A stretch of DNA of 64,000 nt from a virus (lineage: Duplodnaviria; Caudoviricetes): IMG/VR virus record IMGVR_UViG_3300009128_000006, positions 26,157 through 90,156 of that record; one strand, written 5' to 3'. This document shows, in pieces, positions 19,501 through 27,781 of the stretch; position 1 is the stretch's first letter, and each line of letters starts with the position of its first letter. Under the pieces are notes generated by a model. That model searched no databases, was not told where the DNA came from, and was given only the letters and a program-made list of their open reading frames with translations. Made by a program: the position numbers and the translations under genes.

Positions 19501-19673
19501 TGACCTTGAAGCGGGCATCCTTGCTCTACAATGATTATCGTCTTGGCCTTCTGGCACAGCCTCCGGCATGGAGCTATGGCTTTGATCGTCCGGGGGAGAA
19601 AGTCTCGTCAGTAGAAGAGCTCTCATCCCTACTTCTTCGACTTGCACACTGGCCCTCCTTCCCAATAGGATAG
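16533..19673 (+). CDS. Prohead (capsid maturation) protease with intein
   Basis: FRHH(R)N His motif, TSMG Ser motif, CSICG...YCRH Zn motif; upstream of MCP module. Confidence 0.7.
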   Translation: MEKRFDLSGTGPGGFPLIHLVEPGSAYGLNQTSGLTKTASGEHLSPVIELLEAIQPQPDRLYLVNSALGAGEYVGFNLRGDWFTEAGLKHTPPGWDSIPVWDIDARRRAAIVPEDVPGYGPMCWGYPTFYNAHRFRHHRNNDPNRAYGYILGAFYDDRMHRVVLVSELIKDLCVKHGALNIYERIARGDFVDTSMGCFPAGAMVSLYSGERKAIETVEVGEYVLTHTGSRGRVRALDSHVHEGLYTIKVSGVGSMEVTEEHPFFVIPVEQIRCEVPKTHNYGRQQRACVSSLKDLKKGCQGCPVEPAYDPVWKKAQDLDVGDFALSPAPSEVVERLTAKQARILGYYASEGNICWYYPKKGGKRQLDRKYPGGVCFTINHDEVDLLEDIEELCCALDLPEPSVAWREGTSTFSIAVYQRKFAEFCLAMCGKYSLAKRLAPELMLAPPDVQKEFLGAYLNGDGGCLRGQAYISTGNEQLAYQLQMMMIRCGIATSLNVINHKGTTSSLTDKDTVEYQIWLGVLGGYRLQDYSSHPLRKPKKVLSQRWTWVGPDGTPYVASPVVEASYDPEWVGEVYNFSVDDDESYCISGVAVHNSRVPDDECSICGHLARTPAQYCRHVQRGAVAPYGMGKLLADGRRCGVYNHHPLFFDDSFVFIGAERSAKVMDNVTPLLRGTRTYTSQVYIPPRRMRRRRVASADSKAASLLGQETGDEQREKDVELGQALVRAANPPAMGAHTGSLGDKISKLLSVIPTLNEKQDMALQHVTERMRRQEAIREGSMEKSELQFWEQRQLHQLRQKGVSKEDVSQMQAVVQRQMRFAFGGPRRGALKKASLMHAKWAEHLKRIPVPSQSQLALVAEHAARLPQLPPSLLDFISEDLKPRCSVLAEMGVVLQPEEFAYAAAPSMLEGLTTTRRAAFLNTPLPPAPICPSYTPMPRPGIAGICRRTRRRILSKDLLGLRSLAPRHVGLRLVMARPRRQIRSDVLPPEDVTLKRASLLYNDYRLGLLAQPPAWSYGFDRPGEKVSSVEELSSLLLRLAHWPSFPIG
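17121..18314 (+). mobile_element. Intein with LAGLIDADG endonuclease (398 aa) in protease
   Basis: Starts CFPAGA, block B VTEEHPF, ILGYYASEG and FLGAYLNGDG, ends VYNFSV...VAVHN followed by Ser. Confidence 0.95.
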
Positions 19674-19734
19674 GATCCGTCAGAGCCCCTTGAACTTGGG
19701 CTCCCCACAGAGTCCTGCCGTCTCCGGAGACCTC

Positions 19735-20766
19735 ATGTCCGCTCTGCTCGCCCAGCTCGCCTCCCAGGGCATCACCGCCGAGGACCTCAACAAGGCCGCC
19801 AGCGTTCGCCTCTTCGAGAAGGTGGCTGCGGCCGAGGGCATCGACCTCAACTCCATGACCGAGCAGGCGCAGGACGCCATGTTCGCGCAGTTCGAGAATG
19901 ACATCCTCCCGGAGATGGTCGGCGACAAGACCGCGTCTGCCCCGACCCAGGGCGGTATGCCCAGCATGGATGACATCGACCCTGCGAAGCTCGCGTCCGC
20001 CATCGGCGCGCTGTCCGACGACGACAAGTTCGGCCTCTTCGAGCAGCAGGCTGCCTACGAGGGCCTGGACCTCGAGCAGCTGGACGACACCAAGCTCGCG
20101 AGTGCTTACGGCACCTTCATCGAGGACTACCTCCCGCTGGTCGTGGTCAACGACGGCAACCCCATCGATATGGGCAAGGTCGCGGAGCAGGAGGAGGCGG
20201 CCGCGAAGCTGGCCGAGGCCGACATCTTGGGCCGCCAGATGGCGCGCTCCTTCCACGACGAGAGCCTGAAGCTGGCCGGCGGCAAGAAGAAGCGGGTGAA
20301 GCGGGTGACGCAGGCCGATCGCCCCAACATGGCGATGTCCGACAAGCAGATCGAGCGCGCCCAGGCGCGCGTCTCCTCGGGGTCGGGTGGTGGCCGGACC
20401 CTGCGGCAGGGCTCCGGCGACTCGGTACGCGGGATCAACCTGCCGGCGACCCGGGCGCACGGACGGCAGGGCCGCCGTATGCGGCTCGGCTTGCAGGCGC
20501 GTGGAGCGCTCGGTGCGGCCCAGAACCTGGCGCGGCAGCACGGCAAGAAGGGCCTGGTCGGGGCTGGAGTGTTCACGGCCGGTGTGGCCGGCAAGAAGGG
20601 CTACGACCACGTCAAGACCAACTCCGCCCCAGCCCTCGATGCTCTGGCACTCGAGCGGGCCAACGAGATGCTCAAGGATGCCGGGCTCGGTGAGCCGACC
20701 ATCGACGACGCCGTCGAGGCTCGTGCCGTCGAGATCCTCGAGGAGAACGGCTACATCGTCTCGTAG
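19735..20766 (+). CDS. Scaffold-like/head-internal protein
   Basis: Very high GC3; acidic helical N-terminus with eight KxA motifs, basic segment and Gly-zipper. Confidence 0.55.
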   Translation: MSALLAQLASQGITAEDLNKAASVRLFEKVAAAEGIDLNSMTEQAQDAMFAQFENDILPEMVGDKTASAPTQGGMPSMDDIDPAKLASAIGALSDDDKFGLFEQQAAYEGLDLEQLDDTKLASAYGTFIEDYLPLVVVNDGNPIDMGKVAEQEEAAAKLAEADILGRQMARSFHDESLKLAGGKKKRVKRVTQADRPNMAMSDKQIERAQARVSSGSGGGRTLRQGSGDSVRGINLPATRAHGRQGRRMRLGLQARGALGAAQNLARQHGKKGLVGAGVFTAGVAGKKGYDHVKTNSAPALDALALERANEMLKDAGLGEPTIDDAVEARAVEILEENGYIVS

Positions 20767-20791
20767 GGCTGCTACCTGAGAGAGGTGACGA

Positions 20792-21544
20792 GTGGCACTA
20801 CCGGGAACCTTGATCGGTGCCGGTGTTGGCGCAGGAGTCGGGGCCGTCGGAGGTGCTGCTACTGCTCATCCGGGTAGTCGACTCAAAGGTGGTCTTGCGG
20901 GCGCTGCTGGTGGTGCCGTCATTGGTGGCGGAGTCCATTCCGGGCTCCGCTATCAGCGTATGTCGAAGAACCTTTCCCCGACCGGGAAGTTGAAGACGCA
21001 CGTTGATACTACGCGACAGATGGCCCAGCGGAATCCGGATCTTACACCGGAAGCGAAGGCTGAGAAGGTCAAGCAGATCAATGAGCGCGCCCCCAAGCTC
21101 GAGCGACTGAAGCAGAGTGTCCTTGGCTCGCATAAAGCCGATGATACGGTCGCTGCGCTTCGCAAGGACAACCCGTTTCAAGGGACAACCCCGGACGAGG
21201 CCAAGAAGCTGCACAGGAAAGGCTCTTTGGAGCAACATCCTGACAGGGGTGGAGACCGGAACAAGTTCAAGGCCCTTCAGGATCAGTTCGAGGAGAGAAA
21301 GTCTCTCTTTGGGGACGTCAAGAAGACCAAGCCCGTCCCCTCAAAAGAAGCAGCAGTTTTCTTCGCCTTCTCTTCGCACCTCAAAGAAGCCATGTTTCCT
21401 GCGAAGGCAGGCCTGAAAGCGCTCGCTGGGGTCTCGAAGCCTGTCACTTCGCGCATTGGCGGGCTATCGAAGGGGAAAGGTGCCGCTACGGGTCCGAATC
21501 TTCTACGCGGACAAAGCGGAACTTCTGCTAACCCTACGCCGTAG
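20792..21544 (+). CDS. Gly-zipper protein with J-domain (HPD motif)
   Basis: GAGVGAGVGAVGG zipper; EAKKLHRKGSLEQHPDRGGDRNKFKALQDQFE. Confidence 0.7.
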   Translation: MALPGTLIGAGVGAGVGAVGGAATAHPGSRLKGGLAGAAGGAVIGGGVHSGLRYQRMSKNLSPTGKLKTHVDTTRQMAQRNPDLTPEAKAEKVKQINERAPKLERLKQSVLGSHKADDTVAALRKDNPFQGTTPDEAKKLHRKGSLEQHPDRGGDRNKFKALQDQFEERKSLFGDVKKTKPVPSKEAAVFFAFSSHLKEAMFPAKAGLKALAGVSKPVTSRIGGLSKGKGAATGPNLLRGQSGTSANPTP

Positions 21545-21570
21545 CCGTAGCGTATGATAGGGGAACCATC

Positions 21571-22470
21571 ATGAGCAAGCACACCTCCCTCATCGATCAG
21601 GCTCTGGCGCGGGCACGCGGTCAGGTCCTCCGTAGCGGTATCTCCAAGACAGCCGCAGCCCCTGCCGATGGCACCGTGGCCGGACTCGTCAAGGAGGCAC
21701 ACGACGTCGCCTCTGCGATGGAGTTCGTTGCCCTGGACCAGGCCAACGACGGCACGGCCAAGGCCGCGCACCAGGTGGACATGATCCGCCGGTTCCTCAA
21801 GACCGGGGCGGGTCAGCCGGCCATGCTTCCGACTGAGGGCGGTGGGACGCAGAACGTCGCTCCGGCCTCCGGCAAGACCACGCTTCTGCCCGAAGGCGGC
21901 GGGAACGGTGGGCAGCCCCAGGAGCACGAGGCGGCCGCAGGCGGTCTGTCACGTAGCGCGATGGAGCAGCCGGCTCCGGCGACGGCCCCGACCCACACGG
22001 CTCCGGCCTCGGGCGCGGGTGCTTCGAAGAAGGCCAGTCTCTTCGACATGATGACAGCTCGCTTCGACCAGCCGGTGGGTGGACAGCCCAAGACGGCGGC
22101 CCATGGCGGTCCCATCGATCTTGAGGCCGAGGATGGCAAGCTGCCTCCGAAGCGCAAGAACGAGAACAGCAACATTGGCCTCCTTGAGAGCAACACCGCC
22201 CCGGTGAGTGCGACTCGTCGGCAGGCCAAGGCCCCGACCCGTGCCCGGCTGAAGAAGCTCTTCGCTGGTGCCAGCGACACGACCGGCGACCAGACCGCGA
22301 AGGCCATCTTCCCGCAGGCGTACGGTAAGGGCGGCCTCAAGGTCGCATCGTCCGGTGGCCAGACCAAGGAAGGCTCCGCCCGCGACTGGTCAGGGGTTTT
22401 CCTCGCTGCGAAGGACGGCAGCCTCGGGGAAGAGGCCCAGGCTTTCGCCAACTACATCGAGCAGATGTGA
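21571..22470 (+). CDS. Head-associated low-complexity protein (KxA motifs)
   Basis: TATGAT upstream; KTAA, KEAH, KKAS, KVAS. Confidence 0.6.
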   Translation: MSKHTSLIDQALARARGQVLRSGISKTAAAPADGTVAGLVKEAHDVASAMEFVALDQANDGTAKAAHQVDMIRRFLKTGAGQPAMLPTEGGGTQNVAPASGKTTLLPEGGGNGGQPQEHEAAAGGLSRSAMEQPAPATAPTHTAPASGAGASKKASLFDMMTARFDQPVGGQPKTAAHGGPIDLEAEDGKLPPKRKNENSNIGLLESNTAPVSATRRQAKAPTRARLKKLFAGASDTTGDQTAKAIFPQAYGKGGLKVASSGGQTKEGSARDWSGVFLAAKDGSLGEEAQAFANYIEQM

Positions 22471-22485
22471 TCTGAGGTCTGACTA

Positions 22486-22779
22486 TTGAGCCTTCTTCAC
22501 GCCTTGAACTCGCACCCCGGACGACGCATGTCGTCTCGTGGGCGTGCGCTTCAGAGCTTGAAGAAGGTTGGATCTTCAGGGCTTGAAGTGGCCGAGTCGA
22601 TGGCCTTGGCGATGTTCGAAGGCTATGCTACGTCAAAGAGGGCTGAGGCAGACGACTCTACCCACGAATCCGAAGACGACGCACGTCGCCGGAGGATCGG
22701 GGAGCTTCTGAGACGTCGCGCCCCGTCAGGCCTGTCCACAGGCTCTGCAGAGCCCACACCTCCTCGGAGCAACTCATGA
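22486..22779 (+). CDS. Hypothetical small protein
   Basis: Fills gap; start uncertain. Confidence 0.35.
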   Translation: MSLLHALNSHPGRRMSSRGRALQSLKKVGSSGLEVAESMALAMFEGYATSKRAEADDSTHESEDDARRRRIGELLRRRAPSGLSTGSAEPTPPRSNS

Positions 22780-23147
22780 ACGCACACGCCTCGGCAGTCG
22801 CCGCTCGAAGCGCGGTCACGATGCGGAAGCTCGCCTCTGCCCTCGAGCAGAAGGAGGCGGAGTGCGCCCAGCTCCAGGCGAAGGTCGCCGCCTACGAGCG
22901 GCGTGACCGGATCCACGATCTCGCCCGGCAGATGGATGAACGGGGTGTGAGCCCCGAGATGTCTTTCGACCAGAAGGTCGCGAGCATCAACCACCACTGC
23001 AAGACGGCAGGCGCGTTCGACACCCTCGAGACCGCCATCAAGCTCGCCGGCACAGGCCGTGTCGAGTTGGCCACGGTCGACGACGAGACTCCGGTTCACG
23101 GAGCCAACCCCACCACCGATTTCCACAGCTTCCTCGTGAACGGTTAG
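22776..23147 (+). CDS. Small scaffold-like coiled-coil protein
   Basis: KLAS, KVAA, KVAS, KTAG, KLAG in 123 aa; just upstream of decoration/MCP genes. Confidence 0.55.
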   Translation: MNAHASAVAARSAVTMRKLASALEQKEAECAQLQAKVAAYERRDRIHDLARQMDERGVSPEMSFDQKVASINHHCKTAGAFDTLETAIKLAGTGRVELATVDDETPVHGANPTTDFHSFLVNG

Positions 23148-23233
23148 TACTGCTCTGCAGTCCTTGACCGTCTCCCTCCAGTAGGGCAGGATCACAAGCA
23201 GGCCTTCACTCGTCTCCTCGGCAGAGGTTCCCG

Positions 23234-23773
23234 ATGCCCAAGTCCATGAACGTCTCCAACCCCGCGTACTCGCTGTGCTACGTCGAGGACCGGCCGTACA
23301 CCGACGGAACGGGTGAGAGCTCGCTGAACCCGCTGAACCCGAGCTCCGATCGTCCGCTGGTGATGGGTGAGTGGCTGCAGCCTGCCGACATCTCGAACCG
23401 CCCACGCTGGCAGCGTGGCGGCGGCAACGGCGACGGCACCGGCTCTCCCACCGCGGCGGGGACGCTGGAGAACGAGGGTACGATCCCCGCCTTCCCGTAC
23501 TTCATGGAGAAGGGTCGGTACGACGCGCAGGCCAGTAAGCTGGTCCACTGCATCGTCGGTCCCTCCGGCTACTTCCTCCGCACCCAGCTCATCGACACCT
23601 CCAGCCTGTCCGTCGGCGATCAGCTGTCGGTGTGGGACTGGGACGGCCCGACCGGCAAGAAGTACGGCGTCATCCGGCGCGTGCTGGGCCCCATCTCCTC
23701 GGGCTACTGCGTCGGCCGCGTGCACCGCATCCACGGCGACAACGACGTGACCGTCCAGGTCGGCGTCCAGTAG
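23234..23773 (+). CDS. Probable capsid decoration protein
   Basis: Beta-rich 179 aa immediately upstream of MCP; high GC3. Confidence 0.5.
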   Translation: MPKSMNVSNPAYSLCYVEDRPYTDGTGESSLNPLNPSSDRPLVMGEWLQPADISNRPRWQRGGGNGDGTGSPTAAGTLENEGTIPAFPYFMEKGRYDAQASKLVHCIVGPSGYFLRTQLIDTSSLSVGDQLSVWDWDGPTGKKYGVIRRVLGPISSGYCVGRVHRIHGDNDVTVQVGVQ

Positions 23774-23849
23774 AGCAACCTCTACACCTTTTCCACTTCT
23801 CGAACCGTCTGGTTCCTGCACCATCTGAGTCCCTTCGAACGAGGAACCC

Positions 23850-25019
23850 ATGAACTGGCTCGACACCGACACCTACAGCAGCAGCGAGATCAACAGCGGT
23901 TTCGTCGAGCAGCTGGAGACCCAGGGCACGCACAAGACCGCCGCCGAGGGGCTGAACTTCATCCGTGACCGGATCCGCGAGGCTTCGTTCACGGACCTGG
24001 TCATCCCCAACAAGCGGGTGGTCCGCGGTGACCTGGAGCGCAGCGACAAGCACGACACCCTCGTGAAGATCGTCGACATCGAGCCGGGCAGCCGGGCGAT
24101 GCCGCTGACCTTCCGGGGCCAGCCGAAGTCCGAGTACATCTCGGGCAAGCGCTACGCCATCTCCTTCTACACCATCAGCTCCCTCCGCTTCGAGATCGTC
24201 GAGCAGGAGCTCATGGCGTACGAGATGCCGGTCACGCGGCTCATCGAGCGCAACTCCCTCCGCGACATGGTCGAGGTCAAGGACCGCGAGTTCGTCCTCC
24301 ACATCGAGTCTGCGGTGCAGGCGATGCAGGAAGAGGCCAACGGCGGCGCGGTGGCCTTCACCGCGGCCAACGTCGAGGCCGAGACGGTCCTCGAGGTGAG
24401 CAAGGTCAAGGGCGTCTTGGCCATGCAGGAGGACAGCTCCAACTTCACCGTGAAGGCCATCCAGCGGAAGGACATCGTCAAGATCCGCAAGCTGCTGAAG
24501 CGGATGATCCAGGACAGCAGCGGCAACGTGGTCCGGGCCGGTCGCCTGCGCCCCGCGTGCATGCTCGCCACCGAGAGCGACATCGACGAGCTGGACTCCT
24601 GGACCCACGAGGACATGGGCGACAAGAACCAGTCCGAGACGGCCATCAACGGCTGGGCCTACAACAAGGCCCTCGGCCTGAAGATGATCAAGACGATCAA
24701 GAACGACATCCTCCGCGAAGGCAACATCTACGTCTTCACCACGGCGGACTACCTCGGTCGCAACTACACGCTCAACGACGTCAAGTTCTACATCGACAAG
24801 CAGGCCAACCGCATCTACTGGCAGGCCTGGATGGACATCGGGATGGGCATCGGGAACATCGCGTCCATCGTGAAGCTCGAGCTCTACTCCGGCTCCGTCA
24901 CCGACAGCGCGACGACCTCCGGCTACACCGCGGCCATCCCGGTCGACGTCGAGGACATGGGCCAGCGGAATCATAAGGTCGACGAAGGATTGACCTACCC
25001 CGCTCTTCAGCTCCATTAG
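23850..25019 (+). CDS. Major capsid protein
   Basis: Extreme codon bias, 389 aa, position after protease/scaffold/decoration, KTAA near N-terminus. Confidence 0.75.
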   Translation: MNWLDTDTYSSSEINSGFVEQLETQGTHKTAAEGLNFIRDRIREASFTDLVIPNKRVVRGDLERSDKHDTLVKIVDIEPGSRAMPLTFRGQPKSEYISGKRYAISFYTISSLRFEIVEQELMAYEMPVTRLIERNSLRDMVEVKDREFVLHIESAVQAMQEEANGGAVAFTAANVEAETVLEVSKVKGVLAMQEDSSNFTVKAIQRKDIVKIRKLLKRMIQDSSGNVVRAGRLRPACMLATESDIDELDSWTHEDMGDKNQSETAINGWAYNKALGLKMIKTIKNDILREGNIYVFTTADYLGRNYTLNDVKFYIDKQANRIYWQAWMDIGMGIGNIASIVKLELYSGSVTDSATTSGYTAAIPVDVEDMGQRNHKVDEGLTYPALQLH

Positions 25020-25125
25020 CAGAAGGCAGGTTCTACGCCTATTATGGGGTAGGGCTCGCCGGGTTAGCACCGAGAAGGTTCGCTGCAAAGCGAGCCTTCC
25101 GTGTTTGTGGTGTTATGGATAGGTC

Positions 25126-26064
25126 ATGCCCTACGCAGACCCTGATACCGCACGCAAGAAGGCCCGAGAGTACACGAAGAGGCATCGGGCCAAGAAGAAG
25201 GCCGTCCCTGGCGCGTGCTCTACAGGTTGCGGTAAGCCTGCCGAGTCCGGCTTCAAGCGGTGTTCCGCCTGTCGAGAGTACATGCGGAACTACAAGAAGG
25301 GTGTCCGGAAAGGGCGGCCTACGAAGAGGAACTGTCGCGTTTGTGGGGAGCCTACGGGGAGTACGCGTACGAAGTGCGATTCCTGTCGGGTTCCTCAAGG
25401 GAAGAACCACCCGAACTACGAACAACGTCGTGCTCGAGAGAGGGAGCGGCGTGCTATTGCTTGGACGACCGTTCTTGAGCACTACGGCCCGGAATGTGTC
25501 TGTTGTGGGGAAACAGGGCGAGGCTTCCTCACGCTCGACCACATCGACGGGGAACGGCATGGTGCCGGAAAAGCAAACGGGCATCAGCTCCATGGGTGGC
25601 TCATACGCAACGACTTCCCGCCCGGCTTCCGCATCCTCTGCTACAACTGCAACAGCTCCCTCGGCTTTCGAGGCTACTGCCCTCATGGATCTCTCACGCA
25701 GGTCAAGAGGGTCGGTCGACCCTCGCAGGGGAAGATGTCACCGGAAGCGTTGAAGGCTGTGCGTAGACGCCGTGCCGTACACAAGATGGCAGCCTTCGAA
25801 GCCTACGGCGGTGCCCGGTGTGCCTGCTGCGGGGAGGAGCAGATAGAGTTCCTCACCCTCGATCATACGAATGATGACGGAGCAGCGCAGCGTAAGGCTC
25901 TCACTGGGAAGAACTTAGGAGGTACCGCAGCCTTCTATGCCTGGCTCAAGAAGAACGATTACCCCCAGGACCTGGGCCTTGCCGTAGCTTGTATGAACTG
26001 TAATGCTGGCCGCGATCGGGCAGGAGGCGTCTGCCCTCACCAGCGCCCGACTCCTTCGGCTTGA
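25126..26064 (+). CDS. HNH endonuclease with two tandem HNH domains
   Basis: Two copies of YG..C.CCGE...FLTLDH...G...C.NCN; N-terminal CxxC pairs. Confidence 0.85.
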   Translation: MPYADPDTARKKAREYTKRHRAKKKAVPGACSTGCGKPAESGFKRCSACREYMRNYKKGVRKGRPTKRNCRVCGEPTGSTRTKCDSCRVPQGKNHPNYEQRRARERERRAIAWTTVLEHYGPECVCCGETGRGFLTLDHIDGERHGAGKANGHQLHGWLIRNDFPPGFRILCYNCNSSLGFRGYCPHGSLTQVKRVGRPSQGKMSPEALKAVRRRRAVHKMAAFEAYGGARCACCGEEQIEFLTLDHTNDDGAAQRKALTGKNLGGTAAFYAWLKKNDYPQDLGLAVACMNCNAGRDRAGGVCPHQRPTPSA

Positions 26065-26082
26065 TGGGATATAGTGGACAGC

Positions 26083-26772
26083 ATGGCGTACGTTCTCATC
26101 AATGCCGCTCGCGACCGGACTCTGGAGAAGCGCAGGAAGCGTCATCCGGGTCGGTTGTGTCGGCGGCCCTTGATCGACGGAGAGAAGCTCGTCGGCAATC
26201 GCAGGTACACGAAGCAGGAGATCTCTCCGCGATGTGCGCTGGAGATCGACCGACACGTGCGCTGGGGCAACGTCCGCTTCCGTCAGGCCTTCGGCATGTG
26301 CAACGACGTCGACATCCGCAAGCTCTTCCCGGAGGCGTTTACCGTCCCCGAGCCCGGTCCTTCCCTCGGTGAGGCAGTGCTCAAGACGGTGAAGGAGCAG
26401 TTGGTCTCTGAGCCCGCCCCGGTAGTGTCAGTCACCCGGTGCGATCCCGAGGACAACCTGCCCCTCGACACAGGTGCCCTGGAAGATGGGGTCACAATCC
26501 TTGGGCCTGATGATGAGGATGGCTTGAAAGAGGCTGCATCCTTGTTCGAGCCTGAGATGGAGGAAGAGCCTTCCGATCCTGTGGAGGAAGAGTTCCTCAT
26601 GTCTCTCCGCAACGAGGATCTTCGAGGCGTGTTGTCCATCCTCGGCGGCAAGGGCAAGGGGAAGAGCAAGGCCACCCTCGTCTCTGACATTCGAACGGCC
26701 TATGCTTCGTCTGAGCTCGATCCTGTGCAACGGCGCCGGGCCGAGGAACGCCTGGTCGAACTGGAGAACTGA
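26083..26772 (+). CDS. Hypothetical protein with C-terminal Rho-N/SAP-like helical motif
   Basis: LRNEDLRGVLSILGGKGKGKSKATLVSDI; TATAGT 7 nt before ATG. Confidence 0.5.
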   Translation: MAYVLINAARDRTLEKRRKRHPGRLCRRPLIDGEKLVGNRRYTKQEISPRCALEIDRHVRWGNVRFRQAFGMCNDVDIRKLFPEAFTVPEPGPSLGEAVLKTVKEQLVSEPAPVVSVTRCDPEDNLPLDTGALEDGVTILGPDDEDGLKEAASLFEPEMEEEPSDPVEEEFLMSLRNEDLRGVLSILGGKGKGKSKATLVSDIRTAYASSELDPVQRRRAEERLVELEN

Positions 26773-27251
26773 TGATTCAGGTCCACAACATCTCCGACCG
26801 CTCCAACACGGACTGCCGTCCTGCGGCCATCCTCATCGGCGGTCGGAAGCTCCGGCCTGGCAAGTCGGCACAGGTCGACCGCTCGGCCATCAAGCAGAAG
26901 CATCTGCGGCTTCATGGTACGCAGCTCTGGTTCGGAGCACTGCCGTCGTACTTCAAGGCCACTTCGCAGCGAGCTCTCAAGGCCATCGCTCGCAACACGG
27001 CGCAGCTCGCCGAGCCGGTGGATGTGTCCACCCTCGAAGGCCTCCGCGAGCATCTCAATGGCCTGAAGCTCTCTGAGCTCTCCCAGATGGGTCAGGAGAT
27101 GGGCATCGGCATCGGCCGTCAGCTCTCGAAGCCGGCCCTCATCGCACGAATCTCCCGCCTCGTCATCAAGAAGCAGAAGGAGGCTGCGGCACGTGCTGCT
27201 GCTGAAGCCGCTGCGTCGGAGGCTCCCGAGGCCGCTCCCGCTTCCGAGTAG
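26772..27251 (+). CDS. Virion-associated protein with Rho-N-like motif
   Basis: LKLSELSQMGQEMGIGIGRQLSKPALIARI. Confidence 0.5.
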   Translation: MIQVHNISDRSNTDCRPAAILIGGRKLRPGKSAQVDRSAIKQKHLRLHGTQLWFGALPSYFKATSQRALKAIARNTAQLAEPVDVSTLEGLREHLNGLKLSELSQMGQEMGIGIGRQLSKPALIARISRLVIKKQKEAAARAAAEAAASEAPEAAPASE

Positions 27252-27258
27252 GTGACGT

Positions 27259-27774
27259 ATGTCCATCGCAGACGACAGCATCTGGTCTGCCACTCCGATT
27301 CCTTCGGCCACAGCCAGGATGAACGAGATGGTGGCCTACGTGCGGATGTACCTTCGGGACTTCGTACAGCTGAATCGTCTCATTCAAGGCTATGAGAGTT
27401 CGCCTCGCCAGATCGCATGGGCTCTCATCGATGCCCTTGACGACTGGAACTCTACGCCGCCCTTCCTGGGCACGACCACGATCATGAACTTCCCTTCCCG
27501 ACATCTCCTGTGTCGGGGTGCGACCATTACGTTGTTGGAGGGGATCGCTCTCCTTCAAATGCGGAACCAGCTCTCATTCTCCGACAACGGAGTGACTGTG
27601 TCGGTGTCGGATAAGGCTCCGATGATCATGCAGTGGCTCTCGATGGCGAAGGCGAGCTATGAACAGAAGAAGGCCGCCTTCAAGTCGTCGCAGAACATCG
27701 AGATGGCGATGGACGGAGGCGGAGCGTTCTCGGAGTACTTCACGATCTCCGGCCTGTACCTGACCGAGCTCTGA
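27259..27774 (+). CDS. Head-tail adaptor/neck protein
   Basis: Helical 171 aa downstream of MCP; SFSDNGVTVSVS hairpin. Confidence 0.6.
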   Translation: MSIADDSIWSATPIPSATARMNEMVAYVRMYLRDFVQLNRLIQGYESSPRQIAWALIDALDDWNSTPPFLGTTTIMNFPSRHLLCRGATITLLEGIALLQMRNQLSFSDNGVTVSVSDKAPMIMQWLSMAKASYEQKKAAFKSSQNIEMAMDGGGAFSEYFTISGLYLTEL

Positions 27775-27781
27775 GGTTTCG

